Positions 1 through 8,776 of a stretch of 64,000 nt of DNA are shown here, one piece after another. Under the pieces are notes generated by a model, which was not told where the DNA came from, made no database searches, and saw nothing but the letters and a program-made list of their open reading frames with translations. A program made the position numbers and the translations under genes. The DNA is from a virus, in the IMG/VR virus record IMGVR_UViG_3300045051_000846; one strand, given 5' to 3'. The first letter of the stretch is position 1. Each line of letters starts with the position of its first letter.

Positions 1-5
1 CCGAC

Positions 6-278
6 GTGCTGCGGATCGCCCTCGACGCCGACTTCGCGGCGAAGGTAGAGTTCGACTTCACCGACGACCCGGAGATGTTCGAGGGGATCTACGCCGTGCA
101 GCAGGGCAAGGCGGCGGACGTGGAGTCCGTGCTGCGTGCCCAGCTGACCGAGCTGGCCGCCCAGCTCAAGAGCCTGCCGCTCGCGGACGGCTCGACGGCG
201 GAGTTGGAAGAACGGATCGGGAAGATGCTGAAGCTCAACGAGCCGGCCGAAGTGACCGGCCCGGAGGGCGTACTCTGA
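6..278 (+). CDS. hypothetical protein, 3' part (frame open to the window edge)
   Basis: ORF track; typical high-GC3 codon usage; followed by SD AAGGAG of the next gene. Confidence 0.65.
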   Translation: MLRIALDADFAAKVEFDFTDDPEMFEGIYAVQQGKAADVESVLRAQLTELAAQLKSLPLADGSTAELEERIGKMLKLNEPAEVTGPEGVL

Positions 279-301
279 CCGCCACATTGAAGGAGCGCGT
301 G

Positions 302-760
302 ATGGCCCGTACCCTGACCTACCAGAAGACCGTCGCCGAGCTGGCCCGGCCGTACCGGGTCGCGTTGCAGAAGGCCGCGGCCGAGAGCGGCTGGGACGCC
401 GCGGCCCAGCAGACGCTGCTGCTGATGTTCCTGGCCGGGGTCGCATTCAACACCTTCGACTCCGACGTGGAGACGTTCGGCGAGTTCCTGGCCGCCGCGT
501 CGAAGGACGAGTTCAGCAACATCATCGGCCGCCCGGCCGGGCCGGTGTACCACGGCGAGCGGGCGGTGGACGAGGACGAGGCCGAGGACGACGAGGAGGA
601 CGACGACCTCGACGACGACGAGGACGACGACCTGGACGACGACGAGGACGACTTCGACGACGACCTCGACGACGAGTTCGACGACGATGACGACTTCGAC
701 GACGACCTCGACGACGAGGACGACGACGATGACGACGATCTCGACGACGACGAGGAGTAG
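302..760 (+). CDS. protein with extremely acidic C-terminal tail
   Basis: SD AAGGAG 290-295, ATG 302; last 63 residues are 54 D/E plus 9 A/L/F. Confidence 0.8.
   Translation: MARTLTYQKTVAELARPYRVALQKAAAESGWDAAAQQTLLLMFLAGVAFNTFDSDVETFGEFLAAASKDEFSNIIGRPAGPVYHGERAVDEDEAEDDEEDDDLDDDEDDDLDDDEDDFDDDLDDEFDDDDDFDDDLDDEDDDDDDDLDDDEE
569..757 (+). repeat. GAC/GAG low-complexity coding repeat
   Basis: imperfect (GAC)n with CTC/CTG/TTC interruptions. Confidence 0.9.
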
Positions 761-1001
761 CGGCGGCGACGGCTGCTACTACGGCAACGAGCTGTGCGAC
801 GGGGAGACGTGGGAGTGCGAGACGTGCAACGAGACCTACTGCACGGCCCACTCCCACGTCACCGAGAAGGGCCACAACAAGGAGTGTGTGGCGTGTGAAC
901 GGGAGCGCAAGGACGCGAAGCTGCTGGACGCCGAGGACAACGTCGAGCGCACCGTCGGGAGGACCGACGTGCTCGACAAGCTCGACATCCAGGACAAGTG
1001 A
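729..1001 (+). CDS. small Cys/His-rich zinc-finger protein, start uncertain
   Basis: CxxC...CxxH...CxxC (WECETCNETYCTAH...ECVACE); nearest ATG lies inside the upstream acidic repeat. Confidence 0.55.
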   Translation: MTTISTTTRSSGGDGCYYGNELCDGETWECETCNETYCTAHSHVTEKGHNKECVACERERKDAKLLDAEDNVERTVGRTDVLDKLDIQDK

Positions 1002-1044
1002 GCCGCCCGCCCGCGGGGCGGCTTCTTCCACAAGGAGCTTCGCA

Positions 1045-1635
1045 GTGAGTCACGTCGCATCGCAGGAGACCAAGCCCGGCGAGCCCATGTTCGCCGACCT
1101 GGAGGCCCTGAAGCTCGCCGCCGAGATGATCGGCTGCGAGGTGGTGAAGCAGAAGACCTACAACTGGTACAACCGGCACGTCGGCGACTACCCGCTCCCG
1201 AAGGGGATGAAGGCGGACGAGCTCGGCAAGAACGCCGAGTACGTGATCCGCATCAAGAAGGACCAGTACGCCAAGCTCGGGCTCGGCGCGGGGGCCACCC
1301 CGTACGAGCTGGGGCTGGTCCCGGACCCCAACAACCCCGGCTGCTACGTCCCCATCTACGACTTCTGGCAGCAGGGGTACGGCCTGGAGAAGGCGATCGG
1401 GTCGCCGCTGTTCAAGGGCACGGACAAGGTCGTGCAGATGCTGTGCCCGCGGCTGAAGCAGCACTACGACATGGCGTGCGACGCGCTGGCGGCGAAGCAG
1501 GCCGGCGACAACATCGAGTTCCTGCCGATGAAGTCGGCCGCCGAGAAGTACCCGACGATGTTCCCGCCGTCGACCGACGAGACGACGTGGGTGTCCATCG
1601 CCACGGGGCAGCGGCTGAACCAGTTCCAGGGGTAG
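1045..1635 (+). CDS. DUF1257 (Ycf35-like) protein
   Basis: SD AAGGAG 1032-1037, GTG 1045; MSH...DLEALK...YELGL...Y.P.YDFW pattern; lies next to DUF2997-like and AAA genes. Confidence 0.7.
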   Translation: MSHVASQETKPGEPMFADLEALKLAAEMIGCEVVKQKTYNWYNRHVGDYPLPKGMKADELGKNAEYVIRIKKDQYAKLGLGAGATPYELGLVPDPNNPGCYVPIYDFWQQGYGLEKAIGSPLFKGTDKVVQMLCPRLKQHYDMACDALAAKQAGDNIEFLPMKSAAEKYPTMFPPSTDETTWVSIATGQRLNQFQG

Positions 1636-1646
1636 GCCCGGTCCGC

Positions 1647-1665
1647 CCCAAAAAGCCCTTTTGAG
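1647..1665 (+). repeat. dispersed motif site 1: CCCAAAAAGCCCTTTTGAG
   Basis: intergenic; AAAA-N4-TTTT core 1651-1662. Confidence 0.9.
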
Positions 1666-1676
1666 GAGTTCGGCGA

Positions 1677-1901
1677 ATGAGCAACCCGCTCGTGACCCCG
1701 GCCGTCGTCACCATCTACGGCCGGGACGGCACCAAGACCCGCAAGCCGGTCGGGGTGGTCGGGAAGTCCTGCCACCTGGCGACGAAGCCCTACGAGGCCC
1801 GGGAGATCCCGGGCCAGACGACGAAGACGCCCACGCCCGAGGCGTACCAGGAGCCCGCCGAGAAGGTGCGGGTGGACGAGACGTTGAAGACCGGAGGCTG
1901 A
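1677..1901 (+). CDS. DUF2997-like small protein
   Basis: DG...GVVGKSC...T..Y...T.EAY pattern; canonical neighbour of DUF1257 and Ycf46 ATPases. Confidence 0.65.
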   Translation: MSNPLVTPAVVTIYGRDGTKTRKPVGVVGKSCHLATKPYEAREIPGQTTKTPTPEAYQEPAEKVRVDETLKTGG

Positions 1902-1902
1902 C

Positions 1903-3861
1903 TTGCTTCGCAACCTGCGCAAGGAGTTCGGCGTCGCCGTGGGGGCCGGGGAGACGGCCATCCGCATCGACACCGACGAGATCCACGACTGCATCAACAC
2001 GCTGGCCGAGGTGTGCAAGAAGCACGGCTGGGAGATGCGGTCCTTCGACCCGCTGGTCGGCCAGCAGTGGTGCAGCGGCGACCCGCCGGACAAGAAGCCG
2101 GCCCCGTCCGCGAAGCCGGTGACGGGCGGGTCGGCGGCCGACCTGCTGGCGGCCATCGGCGGGCCGGGCGGCCCGGCCGCGACGCCCAGCACCGCCCAGG
2201 TGCTGATGGACTTCTACAACGAGCCGGCGAAGCCGGACAAGGGTAACCAGGGCGAAGTCCTGCCCATGGTGCTCGTCATCAAGAACTTCCACCTCGCGTT
2301 CCAGAACCGCGAGATGGTGGCGTCGATCATCCAGCACCTCGTCGGGGACAAGGTCGGCGACCACCCGGACTACGAGAAGACCCTGCGGAAGAACGTGTTC
2401 GACCCGCACGACATCGAGGCGTCGTCGGACACGGGGCGGTTCATCGTCGGGCTCATGCCGGCGGAGGCCCAGCTGCCGCCGGAGGTCCGGCCGCTGTTCA
2501 AGCACCTCGTCCACGAGCTGCCGGACGAGGAGGAGCTGTGGCACATCCTCGCCGGCATCTGCCCGGTGCAGGACGAGGCCGACCAGGAGGACAACGCCCA
2601 GTCGCTCGGCCCGGAGGAGCGGCGGAAGATCTGCAAGTTCGCCCTGGGGCTCACCCGCCTCCAGGCCGAGGGCGTGTTCTCGTCGTCGCTCGTCCAGCAC
2701 GAGAAGATCGACCCCGAGTACGTGTGGAAGGAGAAGTCCCAGATCCTGAACAAGGAGGGGCTGGTCGAGCTGTACCAGGGGAAGGAGAAGTTCAAGGACG
2801 TGGCCGGGCTGGAGGGGATGAAGGACTACATCATCCGCCTGCTGACGCCGGACGAGTACGACGACGCCGACCCGGACGTGCGGGCCAAGGGGCTCCTCGC
2901 CTGCGGCCCGCCGGGCACCGGCAAGAGCCTCATCGCCAAGGCGGCGGGGAACGAGCTGGGGCTGCCGATCCTGATGGTGAACCCCGGCAACTGGTTCGGC
3001 CAGTACGTCGGGGAGTCGGAGGCCAAGACCCGCAAGGGGTTCCAGATCCTCCGGGCGCACGCCCCCTGCGTCGCCATCATCGACGAGGTCGAGAAGGTCA
3101 TGCCGTCGTCCCGCGGCGGGAGCGGCGACTCGGGCGTCGGTGCCCGCATGGAGGGGACGTTCCTCACGATGATGAACGACCTCCAGGAGCTGATCTTCTG
3201 GATGTTCACGGCGAACGACGTGCGGCGGATGCACGAGGCGTTCTTCCGGGCCGAGCGCGTCGACGGCGTGTTCTACGTCCGCCTGCCGGGGCCGGAGCAG
3301 CGGGCCGCCCTGTGGAAGCTGTACGGGAAGAAGTTCTTCCCCAAGGAGGTGACGCTCGGCGGGAAGGCGGTGCCGTTCCCGGACCACCGGCCGACCGCCT
3401 TGAACGACCTCCTCGCCGACCTGGAGAAGGCGAAGAAGGTGAACCCGGTCGACTGGGCCAACAAGTTCACCCTCCCGCTCATGTGCATCGCCGACCCCGA
3501 CAAGCGGGCGAAGGCGACGGCCAAGATCCGGGAGGCGAACGAGAACGTCGCCGAGTCGCTGAAGCTCGTGGACGACGACGGCTGGAGCCCGGCCGAGATC
3601 CGGTCGTGCTGCCGCCTGGCCCGCCGCCTGAAGGAGCCGTTGAGCAAGACGCAGATGCGGGTCCGGCCGGTGAAGGTGTCCGCCCGGAAGGTGATCGAGT
3701 ACCTGGAGGAGTGGGCCGCCGAGGCGGCCCTGGACGCGGAGACGGGCGAGCTGTACGTGCCGCCCGACCCGGTGACGACCGACGGCGAGGTCGCCGCCGG
3801 GGTGAAGCAGAAGGACACCACGAAGGTGAAGCGCAAGGTCCGAAGCGTCAGGAACGACTAG
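1903..3861 (+). CDS. Ycf46-like AAA+ ATPase
   Basis: Walker A GPPGTGKS, Walker B IIDEVEK, sensor TAND, R-finger FFRAERVD; degenerate N-terminal AAA domain. Confidence 0.88.
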   Translation: MLRNLRKEFGVAVGAGETAIRIDTDEIHDCINTLAEVCKKHGWEMRSFDPLVGQQWCSGDPPDKKPAPSAKPVTGGSAADLLAAIGGPGGPAATPSTAQVLMDFYNEPAKPDKGNQGEVLPMVLVIKNFHLAFQNREMVASIIQHLVGDKVGDHPDYEKTLRKNVFDPHDIEASSDTGRFIVGLMPAEAQLPPEVRPLFKHLVHELPDEEELWHILAGICPVQDEADQEDNAQSLGPEERRKICKFALGLTRLQAEGVFSSSLVQHEKIDPEYVWKEKSQILNKEGLVELYQGKEKFKDVAGLEGMKDYIIRLLTPDEYDDADPDVRAKGLLACGPPGTGKSLIAKAAGNELGLPILMVNPGNWFGQYVGESEAKTRKGFQILRAHAPCVAIIDEVEKVMPSSRGGSGDSGVGARMEGTFLTMMNDLQELIFWMFTANDVRRMHEAFFRAERVDGVFYVRLPGPEQRAALWKLYGKKFFPKEVTLGGKAVPFPDHRPTALNDLLADLEKAKKVNPVDWANKFTLPLMCIADPDKRAKATAKIREANENVAESLKLVDDDGWSPAEIRSCCRLARRLKEPLSKTQMRVRPVKVSARKVIEYLEEWAAEAALDAETGELYVPPDPVTTDGEVAAGVKQKDTTKVKRKVRSVRND

Positions 3862-3872
3862 GACCGGGCGAC

Positions 3873-3898
3873 CGGGGGCGGGGCTCGGCCCGCCCCCG
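3873..3898. terminator. GC hairpin after AAA gene
   Basis: CGGGGGCGGG-GCTCGG-CCCGCCCCCG; no U-tract. Confidence 0.55.
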
Positions 3899-3925
3899 TG
3901 GTCTGACGGAAGGACTGCCCAGCCG

Positions 3926-5326
3926 ATGAGCAGCATCGCAACCAAGGTGAAGGCGGCGAAGAAGGCCGCGAAGGTGGACCTGCCGGCGGTGACCGACACG
4001 CAGCACCAGGAGACGGTGGAGCTGCTGCGGGGCCGGACGATGGAGATGAGCTTCACGGTCCACGGGCTCCCCAAGAGCCGGAAGATCGGCGGGAAGCTCG
4101 CGGAGAAGGTGGCCGCGAGCGTGGACGGGAAGAAGAAGGGGGTGCGGGCGAGCTGGAGCATGTTCACCAGCGAGCACCCGGCCGTGAAGGAGCTGAACCA
4201 GGCGATCCGCGAGCTGGAGCAGCTGCGGGACACGTGGACCATCGTCCGCTCGGCGGAGGTCCAGAAGGGGGAGGGCGAGAAGGTCTCGATCGAGGGCGGG
4301 AAGCGGCTGATCTGGGACAAGGACATCCCGGAGTTCCACAACCTGTTCACGGCCAAGGCCCGGCAGATCGACAAGTGCGTCGAGAAGCTGCAACACGCCA
4401 TGGACCACACGACCACCGACGCCGACGACAACCCGATCAAGTCCGTCAAGGAGATGGACCGGGCCAACGCCGGCGAGGCGTGGGACGAGGGCGTGTACCC
4501 GAAGGATCTCACCCTGGTGGTGGGCGTGTCGAAGGAGCGGAACGCCGACGGGACGACGCGGGAGGGTGACGACGGCGAGCCGATCTACGTCATCAACTTC
4601 AACGAGTACCACGTGTCGGAGAAGCTGCCGGAGCTCCTGCGGCAGCGGGCGTTGCAGCGGATCGACGAGGGCCTGTCCGGCACCATCGAGACGGCGATGA
4701 CCTACGCCGTCAACGAGCTGTCGGACCAGATGATGACGTTCCTCGGCGAGCTGACGAACCGCGTGAAGGTGTACCCGCCGTCGTCCGGGGACTACTTCCA
4801 CATGTACGAGGGGGAGATCGTCAAGCAGGTCACGGACGAGGCCGACCCGAAGATCCCGGCCGGCCACGTCAAGGCCCTGATCCGCTACAAGGCCGACGAC
4901 AACACCAAGGCGAGCACCTGGGTGGGGCCGATGAAGAAGGCCGCGTTCGCCGACAAGTTCCGGCCGCAGGCGACCGGCGAGAAGAAGAAGATCTACCCCA
5001 GCGTCATCGAGTCCATCGTCGCCCAGCTGACCGCCTTCAAGGACAAGAAGGCGAAGATGCTGGGGCCGTACGGGGACAACATGACGAAGGCGTTCGAGCC
5101 CCTGCTGGACGCCCTGCTGGCGGCGAAGAAGCTGAACCCCTACACCTCGACCACGAAGGCGGCGCAGCAGCTCGCCAGCGTGCTGAAGTCGGACCAGGAG
5201 GCCAAGGAGGCGATCTCCAAGGCCATCACCGACACCGTCGAGGCGTTGGAGGACCAGGTGGGGGCGGTGAAGGCGACCCACGCGAAGCGGCGCACGATCA
5301 AGGCGTCGCTGGTCGGCAAGGTGTAG
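3926..5326 (+). CDS. helical protein resembling the DUF3150-like partner of AAA modules in planctomycete integrative elements
   Basis: SFT..G...HPA....G.RLI...YP...L pattern recalled from such proteins; gene context. Confidence 0.5.
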   Translation: MSSIATKVKAAKKAAKVDLPAVTDTQHQETVELLRGRTMEMSFTVHGLPKSRKIGGKLAEKVAASVDGKKKGVRASWSMFTSEHPAVKELNQAIRELEQLRDTWTIVRSAEVQKGEGEKVSIEGGKRLIWDKDIPEFHNLFTAKARQIDKCVEKLQHAMDHTTTDADDNPIKSVKEMDRANAGEAWDEGVYPKDLTLVVGVSKERNADGTTREGDDGEPIYVINFNEYHVSEKLPELLRQRALQRIDEGLSGTIETAMTYAVNELSDQMMTFLGELTNRVKVYPPSSGDYFHMYEGEIVKQVTDEADPKIPAGHVKALIRYKADDNTKASTWVGPMKKAAFADKFRPQATGEKKKIYPSVIESIVAQLTAFKDKKAKMLGPYGDNMTKAFEPLLDALLAAKKLNPYTSTTKAAQQLASVLKSDQEAKEAISKAITDTVEALEDQVGAVKATHAKRRTIKASLVGKV

Positions 5327-5327
5327 C

Positions 5328-5873
5328 GTGGACCTCACCCGGGAGGCGGCGGAGCGGGCGATGCTCGCCTTCGCCGTGGTGGCGTGCAACGGGAACAGCC
5401 GGCACGAGGCAGAGCCCGTGGTCCGGCAGTTCCTGATTGCCTGTATCGGGCAACTGCCCAAGGAGAGCGACATGACCGCGACGAAGACCAAGCCCGCCAA
5501 GGCGGGGAAGACGGCGACCGGGGTGCAGAAGGTGGACGCGTCGAAGGAGAACGCCAAGGCGGCCCTCCAGACGCTCACGGTCCACGGCAACCGCGTCTTC
5601 TCGAAGACCGAGTACGACCAGCTGGTGGCGTTCGTCACGGCCGCCGTCGGCCGGCTGCCGGGCCAGGCGGCGATCGACCGCGACAAGGAGCGGAAGAAGA
5701 ACTACCACGAGACGAAGCGGAAGCCGGCGCGGGCGAAGGCCGCCGAGCCGGCGTCCACGCCGGCCGAGACGGAGGTCTTCCTCCACCCCGAGCTCAAGGT
5801 GGAGGGGACGGAGACGCACCGGCACGAGCCGGAGTTGTCGTTCAAGCCCGGCAGCGCGGGGTCCGAGGCGTGA
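5328..5873 (+). CDS. hypothetical basic protein
   Basis: ORF track; abuts neighbours; coding-like codon usage. Confidence 0.7.
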   Translation: MDLTREAAERAMLAFAVVACNGNSRHEAEPVVRQFLIACIGQLPKESDMTATKTKPAKAGKTATGVQKVDASKENAKAALQTLTVHGNRVFSKTEYDQLVAFVTAAVGRLPGQAAIDRDKERKKNYHETKRKPARAKAAEPASTPAETEVFLHPELKVEGTETHRHEPELSFKPGSAGSEA

Positions 5874-5874
5874 C

Positions 5875-6342
5875 GTGGGCAAGTCGCACGTCTACCTGAC
5901 GTGCTGCGTGGACAGCACCGCCGACAAGATCAACGCCCTGGTCGAGTCGGCGGTGCCCGTCACGTACCGCACGTTCCGCAAGCACTGCGACCCGGGGGAG
6001 TGCGGGGCGTTCGCCCACTACGAGCACGACCCCCGCAACGGACTTACCCTGAAGAACGACGGCATGGTGTACTACTACCGCGGGACGTACCGCGGTGTGC
6101 CGTGCTACTTCGCCGACCACTCCCGGATCGAGTACATCTGGGTGCCGGCGGCGGAGGCCGAGCGTCTGCGGAAGGCCGGGGAGGTGGACCGTCATGCCAA
6201 GGCTGTTAAAAGCGTACCGGCCCGACGGTATTACCCGGGCGGTGTGGACCGACTCGCTCGCTCCTGGCTTGCGGGCGGCGGGGGCGACCCCGCGGCGGGC
6301 GAGTCGGGTCGAGGCGATCCCGGATGGGCCGAACCGTGGTAG
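5875..6342 (+). CDS. hypothetical protein (3' end overlaps next gene)
   Basis: ORF track; YYRG.Y.G.PCYF..HSRIEYIW. Confidence 0.65.
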   Translation: MGKSHVYLTCCVDSTADKINALVESAVPVTYRTFRKHCDPGECGAFAHYEHDPRNGLTLKNDGMVYYYRGTYRGVPCYFADHSRIEYIWVPAAEAERLRKAGEVDRHAKAVKSVPARRYYPGGVDRLARSWLAGGGGDPAAGESGRGDPGWAEPW

Positions 6343-6490
6343 GTTCCACGTCGACCTGTCGCTGCTCGCGGACATCGCGGGGGACGACCGCCTGCGGGTC
6401 TGCCTGACGACGGCGTTCGACGGCTACGCCGAGGCGGTCGCCGCCGAGGTGGCGTTCGTCGAGCGCAACTGGGTACTGGGGGCGACGTGA
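6194..6490 (+). CDS. hypothetical protein
   Basis: ATG 6194 after GGAGG; GTGA overlap with next gene. Confidence 0.6.
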   Translation: MPRLLKAYRPDGITRAVWTDSLAPGLRAAGATPRRASRVEAIPDGPNRGRFHVDLSLLADIAGDDRLRVCLTTAFDGYAEAVAAEVAFVERNWVLGAT

Positions 6491-6771
6491 AGAAGAAACC
6501 GCGGCCGACGAAGGGGCAGGCGGTCCGCCGCCTGCTGGCGGCCGTCGCCGGCCAGACCGCCGACGACGGGGCGTGCGTCAACAAGAAGATCTGGAGCCGC
6601 CCGACGCCGGGCGAGAAGCAGAAGCACGGCAGGGTCACCAACACCGGCGTCTGCCGGCTGTCCGGCTGCGGCGGGGCGAGCCTGTGCGTGCTGTGGAAGG
6701 ACGGCCGGCGGACCTACCCGTGCGCGAAGGCCGTCAAGGTCCGCGACGACGGCGACCTGGAGATCGCGTAA
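6487..6771 (+). CDS. hypothetical basic protein
   Basis: ORF track; coupled start/stop overlaps. Confidence 0.65.
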   Translation: MKKKPRPTKGQAVRRLLAAVAGQTADDGACVNKKIWSRPTPGEKQKHGRVTNTGVCRLSGCGGASLCVLWKDGRRTYPCAKAVKVRDDGDLEIA

Positions 6772-7208
6772 TGACGGAGCTGAGCGTCGAGACGTTCACG
6801 TACGGGCCGAGTCACCACGCCGACGTGAAGACCGCGGCCGTGCTGTGCAACATGGTCGAGGTGACGGTGCACCGCCCGTACGGGTGCGTCGTCGTCCGGG
6901 TCACCAACGACACGGTCGTCGTCGAGTCGCAGGACGGGGACGGGACCGCGATCGAGCAGCAGAGCTTCAAGCTCGACGACCTGGTCTGCGACGGCGAGAC
7001 CGACCCCGACGACGTGCTGGACAACTCGCTGAAGGCCCTGGACGGCGTACCGGCCGAACTCTCTGAGGCGGGCATGGGGGAAAACCCCAACCCGTTACCA
7101 CATGGCGAACCCGAAGGACAAGAAGCGGGCCGAGAAGAAGAAGGCGCAGGCCAAGCTCGCCCTGAAGAAGGAGGCGGCCCGGCGGGCGGACGAGCGGAAG
7201 AACCCTGA
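6771..7208 (+). CDS. hypothetical protein
   Basis: TAATG coupling at 6769-6773; 3' end overlaps next gene. Confidence 0.6.
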   Translation: MTELSVETFTYGPSHHADVKTAAVLCNMVEVTVHRPYGCVVVRVTNDTVVVESQDGDGTAIEQQSFKLDDLVCDGETDPDDVLDNSLKALDGVPAELSEAGMGENPNPLPHGEPEGQEAGREEEGAGQARPEEGGGPAGGRAEEP

Positions 7209-8757
7209 CGCCCACACGCCGGGGTGGGCACCGGCCACGCTCGTCCCGGGTGCCAAGATGCTGCCGGTCGTGGAAGACCTCCCCACCCGCGAGCAGCTGG
7301 CCGGCGTCACCGCCGACACGGAGCTGGTCGTGCCGTTCCCGGACTCGGCGTACCCGGAGGGCTTCCCGGACTCGCTCAAGAACCTCCACCAGCGCATCCT
7401 GCGGGGCGAGTACAAGCCCGAGGAGCACCTGAAGGCGGTGATGGAGCGGCACCGGCTCGCGGCCGAGAAGCGCAAGCTGGAGGAGGAGCTGTACGAGCGG
7501 CTGAGGACGTACCCCGCCGACCCGTGGCGGGGGAAGGAGACGGCGTGGGCCGAGGTCATGTGGCTCCGGGCCGACACGTGGGAGGAGTACAACCTGTTCC
7601 CGGACCTGCCGACGTGCCCGCACGACGGCTACTTCCTCACCCGCGAGGGCTGGGACAAGTACACCATCCGGGTGCCGGGGACCAACTTCTTCTACGCCAA
7701 CAAGACCCTGCCCGTCAGCTACTCGCTGTCGACGGCCATGAGCCGGCAGCGGGAGGGGAAGGTGTTCTTCGACGGCCCGGTCGTCATGCCGGTGCTGTTC
7801 GAGCAGAAGGGGCCGGACGAGGACTTCCGCCAGGAGGTGTGGATGGGCCTCACCCCCATGGAGATGATGACCCAGAAGGCGGGCATCGACCGGGCCAGGG
7901 GCCGGTGCGTCGTCGGCGGGCTGGGGCTCGGGTGGTTCCTGAAGGAGATCGCGGCCAAGCCCGAGGTCCGCGAGATCGTCGTGGTCGAGAAGTCGCAGGA
8001 GCTGATCGACTTCATGCGGCCGGCCCTGGAGGCGAAGTTCCCGGAGGTGGCCCGGAAGGTCAAGGAGTGGCTGCCGGGCGACGCGTACCAGTACGCCGCC
8101 TGGGAGATGCGGCTCAAGGGGTTCCCGCGGCCGGGGTGGGACTTCCAGGACGACACCTGCTACCTGCTCGACATCTGGCCGTCGTTCGGCGACGCCGACT
8201 ACGACCGCCAGTACGTCGCGCTGGAGCAGGCCCTGGGGAGCCGGCTGTGGGGGTGGGGCCGTTGGGCCACCCACGACGGCAAGCCGACGCACATCGACCC
8301 GCACCAGCGGCTGCCGTTCGAGCGGGCCTACATGCGCAAGAACCCGTGCACCGGCTGCCCGTTCAGCCGGACCGGGTGCCCGTCGCCCACGGCGGTCGAC
8401 CCGCTGCGGCTGGTGGGGCAGGCGGAGGGGCCGTTCCTCCTCCCGTGCCACCAGGAGCCGCAGTACGAGGAGGAGCGGCAGGGCCGGATCTACGAGAAGG
8501 CCCAGTGCGCCGGGGCCGCCATCTACCGGGCCAACCGGGGGATCGGCGGGCTGTTCCCGAAGTCGTTCCACATCCTCGACGCGAACCCCGACAAGGTGTT
8601 CACGACGCCGGCCGAGCTGGTGGCGGCCTACAAGAAGATTCCGCTGGCGGAGGCGGAAGCGATCCTGACCGAGAACCCGCCCGGGGAACTGCTCCAGCGC
8701 GAGTTGGAGCGGAACCAGGTGCGTGTATACGGGGCCGGGCGGAAGCCGGCCGAGTAA
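7102..8757 (+). CDS. class I SAM-binding (spermidine-synthase-like) domain fused to a C-terminal Cys-rich DUF6283-like domain
   Basis: VVGGLGLG, VVEKS, GDAY, LLDIW Rossmann motifs; PCxxCPF...PCH...QCAGAAIYR. Confidence 0.7.
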   Translation: MANPKDKKRAEKKKAQAKLALKKEAARRADERKNPDAHTPGWAPATLVPGAKMLPVVEDLPTREQLAGVTADTELVVPFPDSAYPEGFPDSLKNLHQRILRGEYKPEEHLKAVMERHRLAAEKRKLEEELYERLRTYPADPWRGKETAWAEVMWLRADTWEEYNLFPDLPTCPHDGYFLTREGWDKYTIRVPGTNFFYANKTLPVSYSLSTAMSRQREGKVFFDGPVVMPVLFEQKGPDEDFRQEVWMGLTPMEMMTQKAGIDRARGRCVVGGLGLGWFLKEIAAKPEVREIVVVEKSQELIDFMRPALEAKFPEVARKVKEWLPGDAYQYAAWEMRLKGFPRPGWDFQDDTCYLLDIWPSFGDADYDRQYVALEQALGSRLWGWGRWATHDGKPTHIDPHQRLPFERAYMRKNPCTGCPFSRTGCPSPTAVDPLRLVGQAEGPFLLPCHQEPQYEEERQGRIYEKAQCAGAAIYRANRGIGGLFPKSFHILDANPDKVFTTPAELVAAYKKIPLAEAEAILTENPPGELLQRELERNQVRVYGAGRKPAE

Positions 8758-8776
8758 CCCAAAAAGGGGTTTTGAG
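8758..8776 (+). repeat. dispersed motif site 2: CCCAAAAAGGGGTTTTGAG
   Basis: fills the whole gap between TAA 8757 and ATG 8777. Confidence 0.9.

Noticed and set aside
1647-1665. Dispersed motif explained as a ribosome-binding site, terminator or sigma70 -35
   Set aside because: It occurs inverted and inside genes, has only a weak A-T stem, and has no -10 element at the right distance from TTGAG.
1708-4512. Long minus-strand ORFs in the track (e.g. 1708-4512, 6967-9114, 34690-37083, 52101-54653, 61574-63982)
   Set aside because: Antisense shadows of high-GC3 plus-strand genes; R/G/P/V-rich, with no recognisable motifs.
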